A stretch of DNA of 63,982 nucleotides, the filler included, from Octopus bimaculoides (Eukaryota): the NCBI RefSeq assembly GCF_001194135.2. It is 4 parts of 4 records of this genome, joined end to end, with 100 filler letters (N's around TTAATTAATTAA, not from the genome) between each part and the next. Parts side by side here need not be neighbours in the genome. Positions count along the whole stretch, not along the records: positions 1 to 25,971 come from NC_068988.1; 3 more parts are not named here. One strand, 5' to 3'. The position numbers and the translations under genes were made by a program. The notes beneath the pieces are model-generated. The model had not been told where the DNA came from and did not search any database. It was given only the letters and a program-made list of their open reading frames with translations. Of the stretch, positions 11,608 to 23,654 are shown piece after piece (within the stretch, counting starts at the first letter, position 1; each line of letters starts with the position of its first letter).

Positions 11608-12312
11608 TTTAATCTTAATCTTCGTTATTTGAGGTTTTCTCAAAGTGGTTTTGTATTCAGCGACAATAGCGAGTCCCACCAGGAGTATAATATGAGGACT
11701 AATACAGGAAAGACATCAACTAGAAACGTTTTTCACTGAAATATTACCATAAAAGAAGTAGAAAACTGTCGAAATAAAAGGTTCTTCAAATCGAAATATT
11801 TTAGAGGTGGGGCCTGAAAGTGAAAACCATACCAAAAATATTTGGAAATTTTTAGGTATGACAAAAGATATAAACATAGAAACCATACTAAGACATACAA
11901 CACTACACATTGTCCAGAATTATAGGACCATCCTACATCCTGCGCGAAGTATTATTAATTCAACAGCACAATCCAAATAGAACAATCTTCAAACACACAA
12001 TACAATTTATAAAATAAGCACCTAATAGAATAAAACAATACAACTCAAGCAATATATACTCTACAAGATTAATGCCTAATAAAGTACACTTCACAAGAAA
12101 TCATCAAACACTGATATATTACATGAAACAACAGACTGAACTCCGTAGCAAAACAAAATCATGCACAGTTCTGACAGGTTAGAGCTATGCTACTCTATCC
12201 CACATAAAAATGAGAACAGAGAAAATGCTACACACATTTCAGAAACACGGAGATGCAACAAACGGTGCAATTGAAACTTGCATGAAACTATCAAAGAAAT
12301 ATCAACAATAGT

Positions 12313-12500
12313 TTCTAATTAAAGGACAAAGCCAGGGCTTTTGTGAGGACATAATCTAATACATCGACTCCAGTGTATAACTGTTGCTTTATTTTATAGA
12401 TTCTGGGGGTACATTTGAACTCAGAACATAAAAAACTGAAAGCAATACACCTACGCCATTCCAAACTGGCCATTCCAAATGCTGAACTACTGACCTTCTA
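12313..12500 (-). mobile_element. Degenerate SINE family C
   Basis: ttattttat...atttgaactcagaac...gaaagcaatac aligns to the reverse complement of 16323-16552. Confidence 0.6.
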
Positions 12501-12843
12501 TAATTATTTGTAAAGTAAGTACAAGAACTAAAATTTGCGGAGTAGAAGAAAGACGTTATTTTGGGGGGTTTCAAAAATTACGCGGTTCCATTATTAAGAC
12601 ATGTGGGGGTTGACGCAGTATCTGGTTTTCTAAAATATTCTCAATGATTTTTCCACTCAAATAGAACTTTGCCATTATTAGTCGATGTGATTCGAAATAC
12701 ATTGTGTCTAACAAAGAAATATGACAGGTTCACCATTGTTGGAAAGCTTTTTGATCATAGATCATCTTGATCACACCTGAATGAAACTCAATAACAAGAT
12801 ATGATTTATCTGAATTACATGTTATTTATACGTTCTATATCGT

Positions 12844-13028
12844 GTGCCTGTATTTCAAAGGGTCGGCCTTGTCACACTGTGTCACGCTGAATATCCCCGA
12901 GAACTACGTTAAGGGTACACGTGTCTGTGGAGTGCTCAGCCACTTGCACGTTAATTTCACGAGCAGGCTGTTCTGTTGATCGGATCAACTGGAACCCTCG
13001 ACGTCGTAAGCGACGGAGTTCCAACAAC
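12844..13028 (+). mobile_element. SINE family B, 3' half
   Basis: Near-identical to 5495-5674. Confidence 0.85.
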
Positions 13029-13123
13029 ATCGTGAATTACAAACGGGCTATGAGACACTCGCTAATCTCAATAGTGAAAAGGTAAATTCGTCAATTTAAT
13101 TAAGCAGAACTGACTCGTAAATA

Positions 13124-14332
13124 CGCAGACATGACAGAAGTAAATAGACACCCATATAATTGTTCAAATTTATTTAAATCTGAAATTATGTATTCAAATT
13201 ATGTACTGATTATTATAATGTGAATATCTAATATTTAGTAGACATGCCCACGGTATTTATCAATGTAAGGACCCTGTTAGGAATGTTATTGATTAGATTA
13301 ATATTCTCTTCAGGAATTTCTTGCCAAGTTACATGCAGTAATCTCAGAATATCTGGCTGGGAGCATGCCTTATTATCCTTTTTACGAAGTATGGATGCAA
13401 TAGGATTCATATCTGGTGACTAGCTTGGACGTGGAAGCTACTTAATGCTATTCTCTTCCACCCAATCTTGAGTCCTTTTAGCCGTGTGACATTTTCCATA
13501 AAAGGAGAGTCTCCTTTAATTATGTTTACCTCTGGAGAAGATTGGGAAAAATCACTTCAGCAATATGGACATATATTTATTTGAGTTTATGTTTTCCTCA
13601 ACCATTACTACAAATTGTTCCCCCAGACTGTCACAGAATAAACACCATGTTTCATTGTTGACTGCAATCTCTTCACATCAAATTCTTGACCTTAGAGTCT
13701 CCAGATCCACACTCGATCTCTGTCAGAAAATACAGCAAATCTGGACTCATCAGAGAATATGACAATGTCCCAAAATGCTAGTGGCCTCTCCACCATGTCA
13801 TTGGCTCCATCTCTTCTCCGCTTAATATTGGCTTGCCGAAGATGTGGCTTCCTTCTTTCTGCTTCGCCATTGTAGCCAAGTTCGTGGAGATACCTGACAG
13901 CTGTTCTCAGACTGACATCAACTTGTTCTGCTATGCCAGAGGCCTTGCAACGAGGATTATCCTACAGACTTCTCTTAACAAAGCGAAAGGTCCTGTGAGG
14001 AGGCCCTAATCGAACTGGGCAAAGTGATGTGGACTCCTTCCTTTCTCTGGTGATTTGCACAATCACTCTATTAACTGTAGAAAGCGGGATTCCAAGGTTT
14101 TCTGCAATTTTACGTTGGCGAAATCCACCTTCATATTGACTGACAATATGGTATCTGAAATTCGGACAGTTCTAAGGCTTTATTTGTACGTGGCATGATT
14201 AAACAGTCACCATATAGAAACTGAACCATAAAAATGTCAATTAACAAAAACAAATATGTACTTTTTCAAAATGGAAATAAACCTAAAACGATGTAATTTG
14301 GGGTGTCTATTTATTTCTCTCATGGTTGGGCA
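13124..14332 (-). mobile_element. Tc1-like DNA transposon (about 1.2 kb) with terminal inverted repeats
   Basis: TIR cores catgacagaagtaaatagacaccc (13130-13153) and gggtgtctatttatttctctcatg (14301-14324) match at 22 of 24 positions, with TA just outside each end. Outer edges approximate. Confidence 0.88.
13228..14196 (-). pseudogene. Tc1-family transposase, frameshifted
   Basis: Starts MPRTNKALELSEFQ, continues GGFRQRKIAENLGIPLSTVNRVI (HTH) and WDIVIFSDESRF (first catalytic D), and ends WQEIPEEN...IPNRVLTLINTVGMSTKY*. Confidence 0.88.
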
Positions 14333-14384
14333 TAGTTGTTCAAGTTTTCATTATGACAAATCTTATTATATTTATCAATTGTAG

Positions 14385-14494
14385 TATCACAGAACCGTAT
14401 TTTCGTATCGATTATGGAGCAACTTCTAATTACGGTAATTGGATGGAAACCAAAATAGTAAATGGAACGTACGAAATTTATTACAATTCCAATG
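14385..14494 (+). CDS. Exon 5 of the PAN-like gene
   Basis: Acceptor caattgtag|T, donor AAT G|gtatgt, 110 nt, phase 2 to 1. Encodes (D)ITEPYFRIDYGATSNYGNWMETKIVNGTYEIYYNSN. Confidence 0.8.
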
Positions 14495-14616
14495 GTATGT
14501 AAAATGTATCATCCTGTTTGTGAGTGCAAATAATTGTATGACAGTATGTTTGTATACACATATATATTACGTGTATGTATATATATTACGAGTATGAGTA
14601 TATATGTTTGTCTGTA

Positions 14617-14699
<83 letters not shown>

Positions 14700-14940
14700 T
14701 GAGAGAGAGAGAGAGAGAGTGAGAGAAAGGTTATGAAAGGTAATGGTGTCAATAAAACCCAAAGGTGTCAGGTAATGCTAAGTAAGTGCTATGGACAGAC
14801 TACAGTTAAGCGCCTGGTTCGGTGATTATGTGAATGAGGAGTCCAACGTAGGTCATATATCAGCATGTGTATATATAAAAAAAATTAACAGAATGAGATA
14901 AAAATCCAAGGCTGTGAAAAATTTTAGAACATTTATTAAT

Positions 14941-15280
14941 AGGTCTTACAGTTGTTTCCGGGATATTTTATATATCCTTCATCGGAAACGGTGTGAGAAA
15001 ATGGTTAAGCAATAGTTATTCTAGATAAGATATGAAATAGAGAGTGAAGTGGAGGAATGACAATAGACGTGAGATATGCAGGGATATTGCATCTGTAGAT
15101 CCATTATTTAGGCAGAATAGTATACATAACTTGATTCCAGTACCTTGTGAGTAAGTTCCAATAGTATTTAAAATTGGTCATTCCAAGCGTAGAGTTTGTA
15201 CACGGTGTTATTGAATCAAGGGTTTTATTTAAAGTGACTTAAAATTTGGGAATGCATTTGTAAGGGATATGCCCTGTTTT
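14941..15280 (-). mobile_element. Penelope-like 3' tail with degenerate hammerhead motif
   Basis: Minus strand reads ccgatga a ggatat ataaa atatcc cg GAAAC AACT GTA agac, the same motif family as 5139-5194. Confidence 0.6.
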
Positions 15281-15423
15281 GTGTGCATGGCATATATGTA
15301 TCTTGGTGTGTGTTAACATTCATACACATTTGTATCAATATATGTATATATCTATGTATGTTCATTGAGAAATAGAGTTAACTTCATTAATTTTTAAATT
15401 TTACTCTTTGTTTTTTTTTTCAG

Positions 15424-15473
15424 GCAAGTACAATTCTATTACAGAATTGGTCATCTCAGTCCTTTTCAAGTAG
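15424..15473 (+). CDS. Exon 6 (terminal coding exon) of the PAN-like gene
   Basis: Acceptor tttttttttcag|GC, phase 1. Encodes (G)KYNSITELVISVLFK* with TAG at 15471-15473. Confidence 0.78.
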
Positions 15474-15580
15474 AATACGTTTTATTCCAGAAATTGTGTA
15501 TCATTATAGTCTTACTTGTATACATACAAACAAACATACGTACAAACATACATACATACATGCATACATGCATACATACA

Positions 15581-15611
<31 letters not shown>

Positions 15612-15682
15612 GTACGTACGTATAGCACATATACACAGATAACTAGATGGACAAACAGACAGACAGTGCAAATGCAGTGAAC

Positions 15683-15688
15683 AATAAA
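15683..15688 (+). promoter_or_regulatory. Candidate polyadenylation signal AATAAA
   Basis: First AATAAA I found after the stop codon, about 210 nt downstream. Such hexamers are common in AT-rich DNA. Confidence 0.35.
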
Positions 15689-15799
15689 ATCAGATATTGC
15701 AGGAAGGACAAGGTTCAGCTTAAATGGCATTAATTTAACATTTTAATGGGGATAGAAATAGTTGTAACATTAGGGGCGGTAGACCTTTTACTGGAAGAA

Positions 15800-16220
15800 A
15801 GACAAAAGCATACGGGACTGCGTAAGTGGAGTAGTCAGTGAGTGAGAGAATAAAGCAGACGAAGTGTTAGGAAATGCGGTTCTATGAAAGGAAGTTAAGA
15901 AGGAAGGAGGGGTGGGTGTTTGTGTGCAAGTGTAGGCGAGTATTAATGTGTGGTAAGTGGCACAAAAGGAACTGGTATGTGAGTGGTTGTTTGGCGCGTG
16001 TGAAGAGATAGAAACAGACGAGAGTTTTAAGCAAATGAAAAGGCAAGAGTCATGAGGAAGATGTGATAGATGTGTGTGTCTAAGAGTATGGGTGTGAGAT
16101 GTCTCTTACACAGAAGGAAGGCTTGAGGTAAAGGAAGCAAAAGAGAGAGAAAAGACACGAGTCCTGTGAGAGAAGAATGGAGGAAAAAAATATCTGAAAA
16201 TTACAAGACACAGGTAAAAT
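15800..16220 (-). mobile_element. Degenerate CR1/L2-like LINE 3' fragment
   Basis: Minus strand resembles a LINE RT C-terminal region (L.PL...R.VSSL.LFY). Heavily decayed; boundaries approximate. Confidence 0.45.
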
Positions 16221-16322
16221 CTAAGTCAAAGCAAATAAGAGAAAAATACACACACGTGCAGATATATATATATACACACATATATACATACATACATATA
16301 TGTATGGCATACATATAAGTAC

Positions 16323-16552
16323 GGCGAGCTGGCAGAAACGTTAGCACGCCGGGCGAAATGCTTAGCGGTATTTCGTCTGTCGCTACGTTCTGAGTTCAAA
16401 TTCCGCCGAGGTCGATTTTGCCTTTCATCCTTTCGGGGTCGATTAAATAAGTACCAGTTACACATTGGGGTCGATATAATCGACTTAATCCGTGTTTGTC
16501 TGTCCTTGTTTGTCCCCTCTGCGTGTAGCCCCTTGTGGGTAGTAAAGAAATA
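16323..16552 (+). mobile_element. SINE family C, full length, tRNA-related head
   Basis: ggcgagctggcagaaacgttagc...gagttcaaattcc (B-box-like)...cttgtgggtagtaaagaaata. Confidence 0.9.
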
Positions 16553-17854
16553 ACACACACACACACATATATNNNNNNNNNNTGCATTTATAATACAATA
16601 AATATAAACAAATTGTAATTTTTATAAAATATACAGTACAGTACTGCTTCTACTTCGTGGATTTTCACCTGGCGCTGGGGTTTTGGAATGTAATACCTGC
16701 GATAGTCGAGGGATTACTGTATTACTGTATATATATATATATATATATATATAAAGAAATACAGAAAATGGGAAAACAACGCAAAACATCCAGACAGTTA
16801 GATGATACAAAAAAGGGACAAGAAAAAACAAGGAGATTTCGGAAATTTCTTTCCTCAGTCGAGTTCCAAATTATCTTTACAATTTCGGCTGGTTATACTC
16901 GAGATTGGCCAATCTGACCAGCCCCAAAGAAAAACTAAACTAAGAGCACTAGGTTACTTGGAAGAAAGCAGCGAATATATACGAATGTATATATGCATAT
17001 ATTATAATGTTTGTATTACTGTGAAGTTATAAAAACAATTTAACATTAAACTGAAGGAGTATGCAATATCTTCTAGTAGAGAACGTATTCATTTATCTTA
17101 AATCTTTTACAAAGAGTGGAGAAACAGTGACTTCGAAGGTTCTACCTGCTGGCCTTCGTCATATTGACTACAAATGTATGTGTGCATAAATCCTTTGTGT
17201 ATTTGCACATTTCTAAGAACGTCGATCCTTGTAACCTTGATACTAGTTAACGTACTGATTGGAAGATCAATCAATGATAAATTGAGTAACAAACTGCTCT
17301 TATTGTCCAAGTGATTTAATCTTAGACTTTTTTTGGTTGAGGCTAAAAATACCTCATCGTTTCACAGTTTTATCAGCCGTTAAAAACGCCACTGTTTGAC
17401 TTTATTTTATTACAAACTTGTAATAAATATATATATTATTAAGTATCTGAAGCTTTTGTTGCCCATATTTTAGATGATTTTCACATTACTTCACTGGATC
17501 TGAGATGAAATATTTTGGTGTAATATACGTGCGTGAGTGTGTGTGTGTGTGTGTGTGTATGTGTGCACGCGTATGCATTAAATTAATAGTTTGCAGAGAC
17601 GGAGCAGTCATTTAGATTTACAATAGGTTACTGGTATTTATCTTCTACGCCGCGTGGTATGATGAACTGCAATGTTTAACACAGTATTATTCCTAAATAC
17701 CAAATCTACAAATTCATCCGGACTTAAAAATTAAAAATAAGATACATCACCATGCATTTTTGTATATGTTGTTTATCTCCAGATGAGCTCGGATCGAAAG
17801 ACTTATGTTGAAAGGTATTCGGATCGTGTTCCTCAACTGTTCATGTATACTATA

Positions 17855-17894
17855 TAACGTGATCTAACGTGATCTAGCGTGATCTAACGTGATC
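17855..17894. repeat. 10-bp minisatellite, (TAACGTGATC) x4 with one variant unit
   Basis: taacgtgatc taacgtgatc tagcgtgatc taacgtgatc. Confidence 0.95.
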
Positions 17895-18049
17895 TGCTAA
17901 TTACAAGGTGATAGGAGGTAATTTGAAGGAATATGTCCGATACTTTAATGACTATACTATGACAGAACTATTATAAGCGTGTAAGAGTGTTTGTGAGTAT
18001 GTAAGAGGAGAGAAAGACAGCAATAGTGGGAGAGAAGGACTAAACTGCT

Positions 18050-18600
18050 ATGAGATTTAAAATTGTCTTCAATTTTAACTTCTCTATGACGAATTCACTC
18101 AAACAAAAATATCTGTTATCTTAGCTTATTTAAACTATCCAGTCTTTTAGTATATTCTCACACTCACATAGGCTTCCGGTAGTTTCATACATTGCACTCA
18201 AAATATTTTTATACTCCAAATATATCCTTTTTAATTTTTGCTAATCGAATGAGCGTATTTCAAGAACGGAACAGAAAGACAACTGCCTGGTGTAGATGCA
18301 GTATTTTTAATCAGTCACACTGCTACCTCTATGGCATGTTCAGCAAATTCTATAAGAAAATACTCCAATCGGTTTTACAATATAAGTGCAAAGGTATTCT
18401 TCGATTCCTTATTTCAGAGCTTAAATTTCCTCATCCTGTACGGATGTTCAAGATAGACAATGGAAGATATTATGCAAACATACACCTTTACACATTTTCT
18501 TGCCACATGCTCAGTAAACTTTCTGGAACATTCTGTTGCACACAAAGACAGGTTCACGGATTTAATTTCCTAATGTAGTATTTGAAGGGTGATTATTCTT
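18050..18600 (-). mobile_element. Decayed Penelope-like GIY-YIG endonuclease remnant
   Basis: Across frameshifts the minus strand gives C.YIGKTD.S...RIAEH and a P.LC...E-like C-terminus. Confidence 0.5.
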
Positions 18601-18867
18601 TGGTGTAATTTTATTTTTGTTTCTGCACTTTTGCCCATGATCCGTTGAGATCCAGTTATATCGTTGTGAAATAAAACATCTTAATCCAGAATAAATAGAC
18701 TTGTCTATCTTATTTCTAAAACACTTTCCTCCCTCTTCACTACATCAACTGTGATGTATAAAATTAATGCTAAAACGATTGACCCAGACATGAAAAATAT
18801 CATTTGAAATCAAAGCTGAACTCAAGGAACCTTGTGACTGCCATCAACATATGGGCGGTTGCTATAT

Positions 18868-18868
18868 G

Positions 18869-18917
<49 letters not shown>
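18868..18917. repeat. (ATT)n microsatellite
   Basis: Direct reading. Confidence 0.95.
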
Positions 18918-18918
<1 letters not shown>

Positions 18919-19235
18919 TAGTATTATAACTATTGGAATGATTGTTTTTATTTTTATTGTTATACTTAATTTTCATTATAGGTTACAATGTCTGGGGGTT
19001 ATTATTTTCAAATTTAATTTTTTTTTCTGTGTACCCAGCTTTAGCTAATGCTGAGTTATAATAGTCCCTATTAATGTTAAAGATTTTTTCTTAAATGAGA
19101 GGTAAGTAATTCTGTGATGAATATTTTAAACTAAACATTTAGTTATTGATTTGGGATGATTACTATCATAATTAATATATATAAATAAATTAACTATACA
19201 TCCACAACTCTCCGTTTTCTTACCTTATTAATTAT

Positions 19236-19574
19236 GCTGAGACCCCCTTCGGTCATGATTGACCATGGGATTGCAACTAGGAAGTTACCCTCCGAGGCAC
19301 AAGTCGGGGCAAGGTTGTTTATGGAAGACCAGCAGTCGCCCATGCATACCGGTCTCCCTTCTCCACGCCACCAGTGTTATCCAATGGAAAGGCAAAGGGG
19401 CCGATACAGCTTGGCACCTGTGACGTCGCAACTCATTTCTACAGCTGAGTGAACTGGAGCAACGCGAAATAAAGTGTCTTGCTCAAGAACACAATACGCA
19501 GCCCGGTCTGGGATTCGAACTCAACCTCCGGATCGTAAGCTCGACGCTCTAACCACTGAGCCATGCGCCTTCAC
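19236..19574 (-). mobile_element. SINE family D, near full length, tRNA-related head
   Basis: Minus strand begins gaaggcgcatggctcagtggttagagcgtcgagcttacgatccggaggttgagttcgaatcccagaccgggc, with A- and B-box motifs. Confidence 0.88.
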
Positions 19575-19694
19575 ATTAATTACAATAATAATAATAATAT
19601 ATGTGCATACATACAAACATAAATACACACACAACATATATATACATACATACATACATACATATATACATACATACATACATACATACATACA

Positions 19695-19726
<32 letters not shown>

Positions 19727-21059
19727 CACATACGTACATAAAGAAACTGGAATAAAGAAGAAGAAAGACCATCTATTTAAAAGATGTTACAAGTTCAAAC
19801 AAGAAATATCTTTGTATTCTTATAGGCGTTGAAACATTAAGTCGTCAATAAATTTAAAGTTAATGAAAAGGTAATATTTACAATAACTTCTGATTGCTGA
19901 ATACGAAACACAAATTAACATCGAATTAATAGATAATCATTGACGATTGATTTGCTATGAGTTTAACGTATTTCTTGTTAACATACCGTTATTATGATTT
20001 TACACGGTTAAATGACTATTTCTGGTGAATGATAATCTAGTTACGTTTTTGTACCTAAAACAACAGTTTTAATACAATTTTCTAATAAAACCACTTTATA
20101 TCAAACAAAAATAATCAGTTAAAAGTTTTTTTTTTCATTATTTCAGACAACGGACATTGGGGACAAAAATGTTTTTCTATTTCGACCGTCGTCATAAAGA
20201 AACATTATTTTTCTGTTTGCATCCATATCTGAACTCATAAATATNNNNNNNNNNNNNNNNNNNNNNNNNNNNNNNNNNNNNNNNNNNNNNNNNNNNNNNN
20301 NNNNNNNNNNNNNNNNNNNNNNNNNNNNNNNNNNNNNNNNNNNNNNNNNNNNNNNNNNNNNNNNNNNNNNNNNNNNNNNNNNNNNNNNNNNNNNNNNNNN
20401 NNNNNNNNNNNNNNNNNNNNNNNNNNNNNNNNNNNNNNNNNNNNNNNNNNNNNNNNNNNNNNNNNNNNNNNNNNNNNNNNNNNNNNNNNNNNNNNNNNNN
20501 NNNNNNNNNNNNNNNNNNNNNNNNNNNNNNNNNNNNNNNNNNNNNNNNNNNNNNNNNNNNNNNNNNNNNNNNNNNNNNNNNNNNNNNNNNNNNNNNNNNN
20601 NNNNNNNNNNNNNNNNNNNNNNNNNNNNNNNNNNNNNNNNNNNNNNNNNNNNNNNNNNNNNNNNNNNNNNNNNNNNNNNNNNNNNNNNNNNNNNNNNNNN
20701 NNGTTGATGGTCACTTTTTGCCAAATAAAGGCAACGCACTATACATTTTTTCTTCACTTCTTAATTATTGTTCCTATTTTAATATCTTAACTCATGTCCG
20801 TTCTGTGGAAATCTTTTGTAACACGTCTGTGACCTCCTCAATGACATTTTTCGTTTTCGTGTGTTCTTGCTCTACTTACTCCATTCTGTTCTTCTAAGAT
20901 GTGTATCCTTATATGCACATGCGCTTGTGTCGTTTTGTGCGTGCGTGTGTGTGTGTGTCTTTGTGTATGTGTGTGTGTGTTTGTGCGTGTGGGTGTGTAT
21001 GTGCGTGCGTGCGTGCGTGCGTGTGTGTGTATGTGTGTGCGTCATAGTTTTTAGTAGCG

Positions 21060-23345
21060 TATCAAATGGAAGATCCTAAAGGGGTGCAGACAATATATAA
21101 ATAGATGAGAGAAAAGTATAGCTGAGAAGAGTTCCATACAGAAAGATCTTAACATTTACGAAATTACCTAAACGATCAGAAATCATTAAGAGATGTTTTC
21201 ACTATGATAAATACCTCTTATAGTTCTGACTGATCGCGCCACCATTAACTAGACCAACATTTCAATTTCAGTTATTTCTTTTACCTTACATTCCTCCCAA
21301 TTTATACTTATCTTTATAAACGCCAGTACGTTTTCGTAAATCTTTATATATTTCTCCACCCGTTTCACTCCTTAGTTGACATTCTTCTACTCACAATCAT
21401 CAATGAACCTCTCCATTTTTTCTTTACTAATTTTTATAATTTTCCTATTTTACACATTTTATGTAGTTAGGTTTTGCTTAAATATTTATTATTTTCATTT
21501 TTCTGCATTATACATTTTTTTCACCAGAGAAAATATTTCTATATATAGGAAATTGTGGCCTATAAAATTCTCTTTTACATTTTTATGTAATGTAAAACCC
21601 ACATCTTTAACACATCCAAACTTTTATCAACACAAAAACTTTGAATTTAATATTACTGACCGTTATATTTGAGAATAGACGCTGTAAATAAGTGGACAGA
21701 ATCCATATATGTAAAGATATTTTTACTGGAAATTTTCTTTGGAATATCTTTTTTATAAAAAGCATAAAGGTTACCTGCAGACTAACATAATGTAATTAAT
21801 CACATACAATAATTAATAGATTCGTCTTGCCTCTGCTTTATGAAAAGACTCTGTAATACAGAAGAACGCCCTGATCGTTACCCAAACTTACATTTCACTA
21901 CATGGTACAATTTAGGCTTTAATATATTAAGAATTTTGGAATTTTCTCCCTTACATCTCTGGCTATGTGACTGGTTTGTCTCGTAATTACGGGTGCAGTT
22001 TCAATTCGTAAAATGTCGTTTCTAGACGCTCCATTGAGTAGTTTAATCTACACTTAACTGTATTGACACGTACTCATCTGGTTGGTTTCGAAGCCTTCAT
22101 TCGCCAAACATCACTTACCTGATAATCAGTGAGTCTAAAGTCTAAGCATTTTCTCAAAGAATTAGAAATTACAACCAATTCTTAATCATATCACACTTCA
22201 CCGTTTTAGAACTAATCCGAATAATTTGGCCTTTGTTCAACACTGTCTGCAAACAAAGACGAGATGATAATGGCTGCAATTCCTGGAATATAAAACGTTA
22301 CTCAATCCGGGCTCCAACAAAATTTGTTGCTAAACAACAATAGTAACACTGTTCCCAAATTCTAAGCTGTCTTCTGTTATAATGGCATACATTTCTCTAA
22401 ATTTACTAATTCTACTTAAACTCATCTCTTAGTTGCCCGTCATTATAAATACATTTTATTGTTTTAATTCTGCGATATTTCTTCTTCACATTTTTTTAAA
22501 TAGTGACAAGTTTAAACTTTGTTGGGTGGATAAACATGAATCCAGTTAAACTTAATATATCATATAGGCGTCTCTATCGATCGAAGCCAAATAAAAGTGA
22601 ATGTAGTCTTGGACAGATCGGAACGCATCCAAAATACAACCCCAATCACACCTTCATTTCATCACGATTTTAACCTCCTACAATTATCTATATCATCTCA
22701 CCACACCTTTTTCAACAGCCTTCATTATAATAAGTCTAGTGTAAAATAAATTAAACTGACAGCTATCAATATATTGCAAAGTTAGAATCCACTTCGTTTG
22801 TTCACCAAGTGCGTAGATACACGGGACTTGTTTCAAGTTATTTATTTGTATGGGTTGGTGAATAAAAGCGAATATTGATTGGAAAATGAAGCGTGTGATA
22901 AAACTGATAGTTTATTTATTATTTCAAAACACTCTGGAAAAGAAGAAAGAAAGTGTTGAAGAAAACTAAAATAGCCTGACGACAACTTCTAGAGTTAGAG
23001 GAAAAGTAATTTCAAGTTGTTCACATATCTTTACAAAGGTGGAAAAGAATTGACGATATTGTTTTAAGAACATATCTTTTTCGAATTCAGTGTCAAATCG
23101 ACTGGTTTCATCGATCTGTGTCAAAACAACTTTAAAAGAAATAAAAAATAACCCCGTTTACTGAAACTGGAAAAAAAAGCATCAAGTGGCGGATCTTGTT
23201 TATAGGGAGACACCTTTGTTTCAGCGAATTCCAAGTAAAAGTGAATATTACATAGCAAATCTGTAACAGTCATGAATCTGAAAGGTAAGTGAATTAATAT
23301 TATTAGGAATCGAACGACAGATAATAACCGTAATTGTTTGTATAA
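21060..23345 (+). repeat. Segmental duplication, copy 2 (upstream region and exon 1 of a paralogue)
   Basis: Collinear with 275-2646. Confidence 0.95.
23272..23284 (+). CDS. Putative exon 1 of a tandem paralogue (MNLK+G); downstream exons not found
   Basis: ATG AAT CTG AAA G|gtaagt, identical to 2573-2591. Confidence 0.4.
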
Positions 23346-23654
23346 TATTTGTATGCGGATATTAGTTTTTTCTTCAGAGTTTGGACTTTCTATTTATGAA
23401 TGATATCATAATTTTCCCCTTTCTATCGATGTAATCGATGGTTACCCCTTCCTTTTGCCTATTTGTAGGTTCATTTATTTGCATGTTCCATTAGAGCTGT
23501 GCAAATAATTCGAAATTTATTCATTTCTCTTTCACTTTGAAGTTTTCAGTGCGTGAATGCGTTGAAACAGTTTCCACATTTTTTGATACACTAAACTCCT
23601 CATTCTTTTGCAACTTATAATTTGGCAAATTTTCATCGGTAAATATAACAACAA

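Noticed and set aside
12400-12514. Exon-like segment (tttatag|...|gtaagt) with three in-frame TGA codons, suggesting selenocysteine or UGA-to-UGG editing
   Set aside because: It aligns to the reverse strand of SINE family C, and exon 14385-14494 completes the reading frame without recoding. I saw no SECIS-like element. At most a cryptic poison exon.
18192-18578. 128-aa Cys-containing plus-strand ORF, with a PAN-like pattern in a second frame
   Set aside because: The opposite strand carries Penelope GIY-YIG motif remnants, which explain the region better, and there is no convincing acceptor context.
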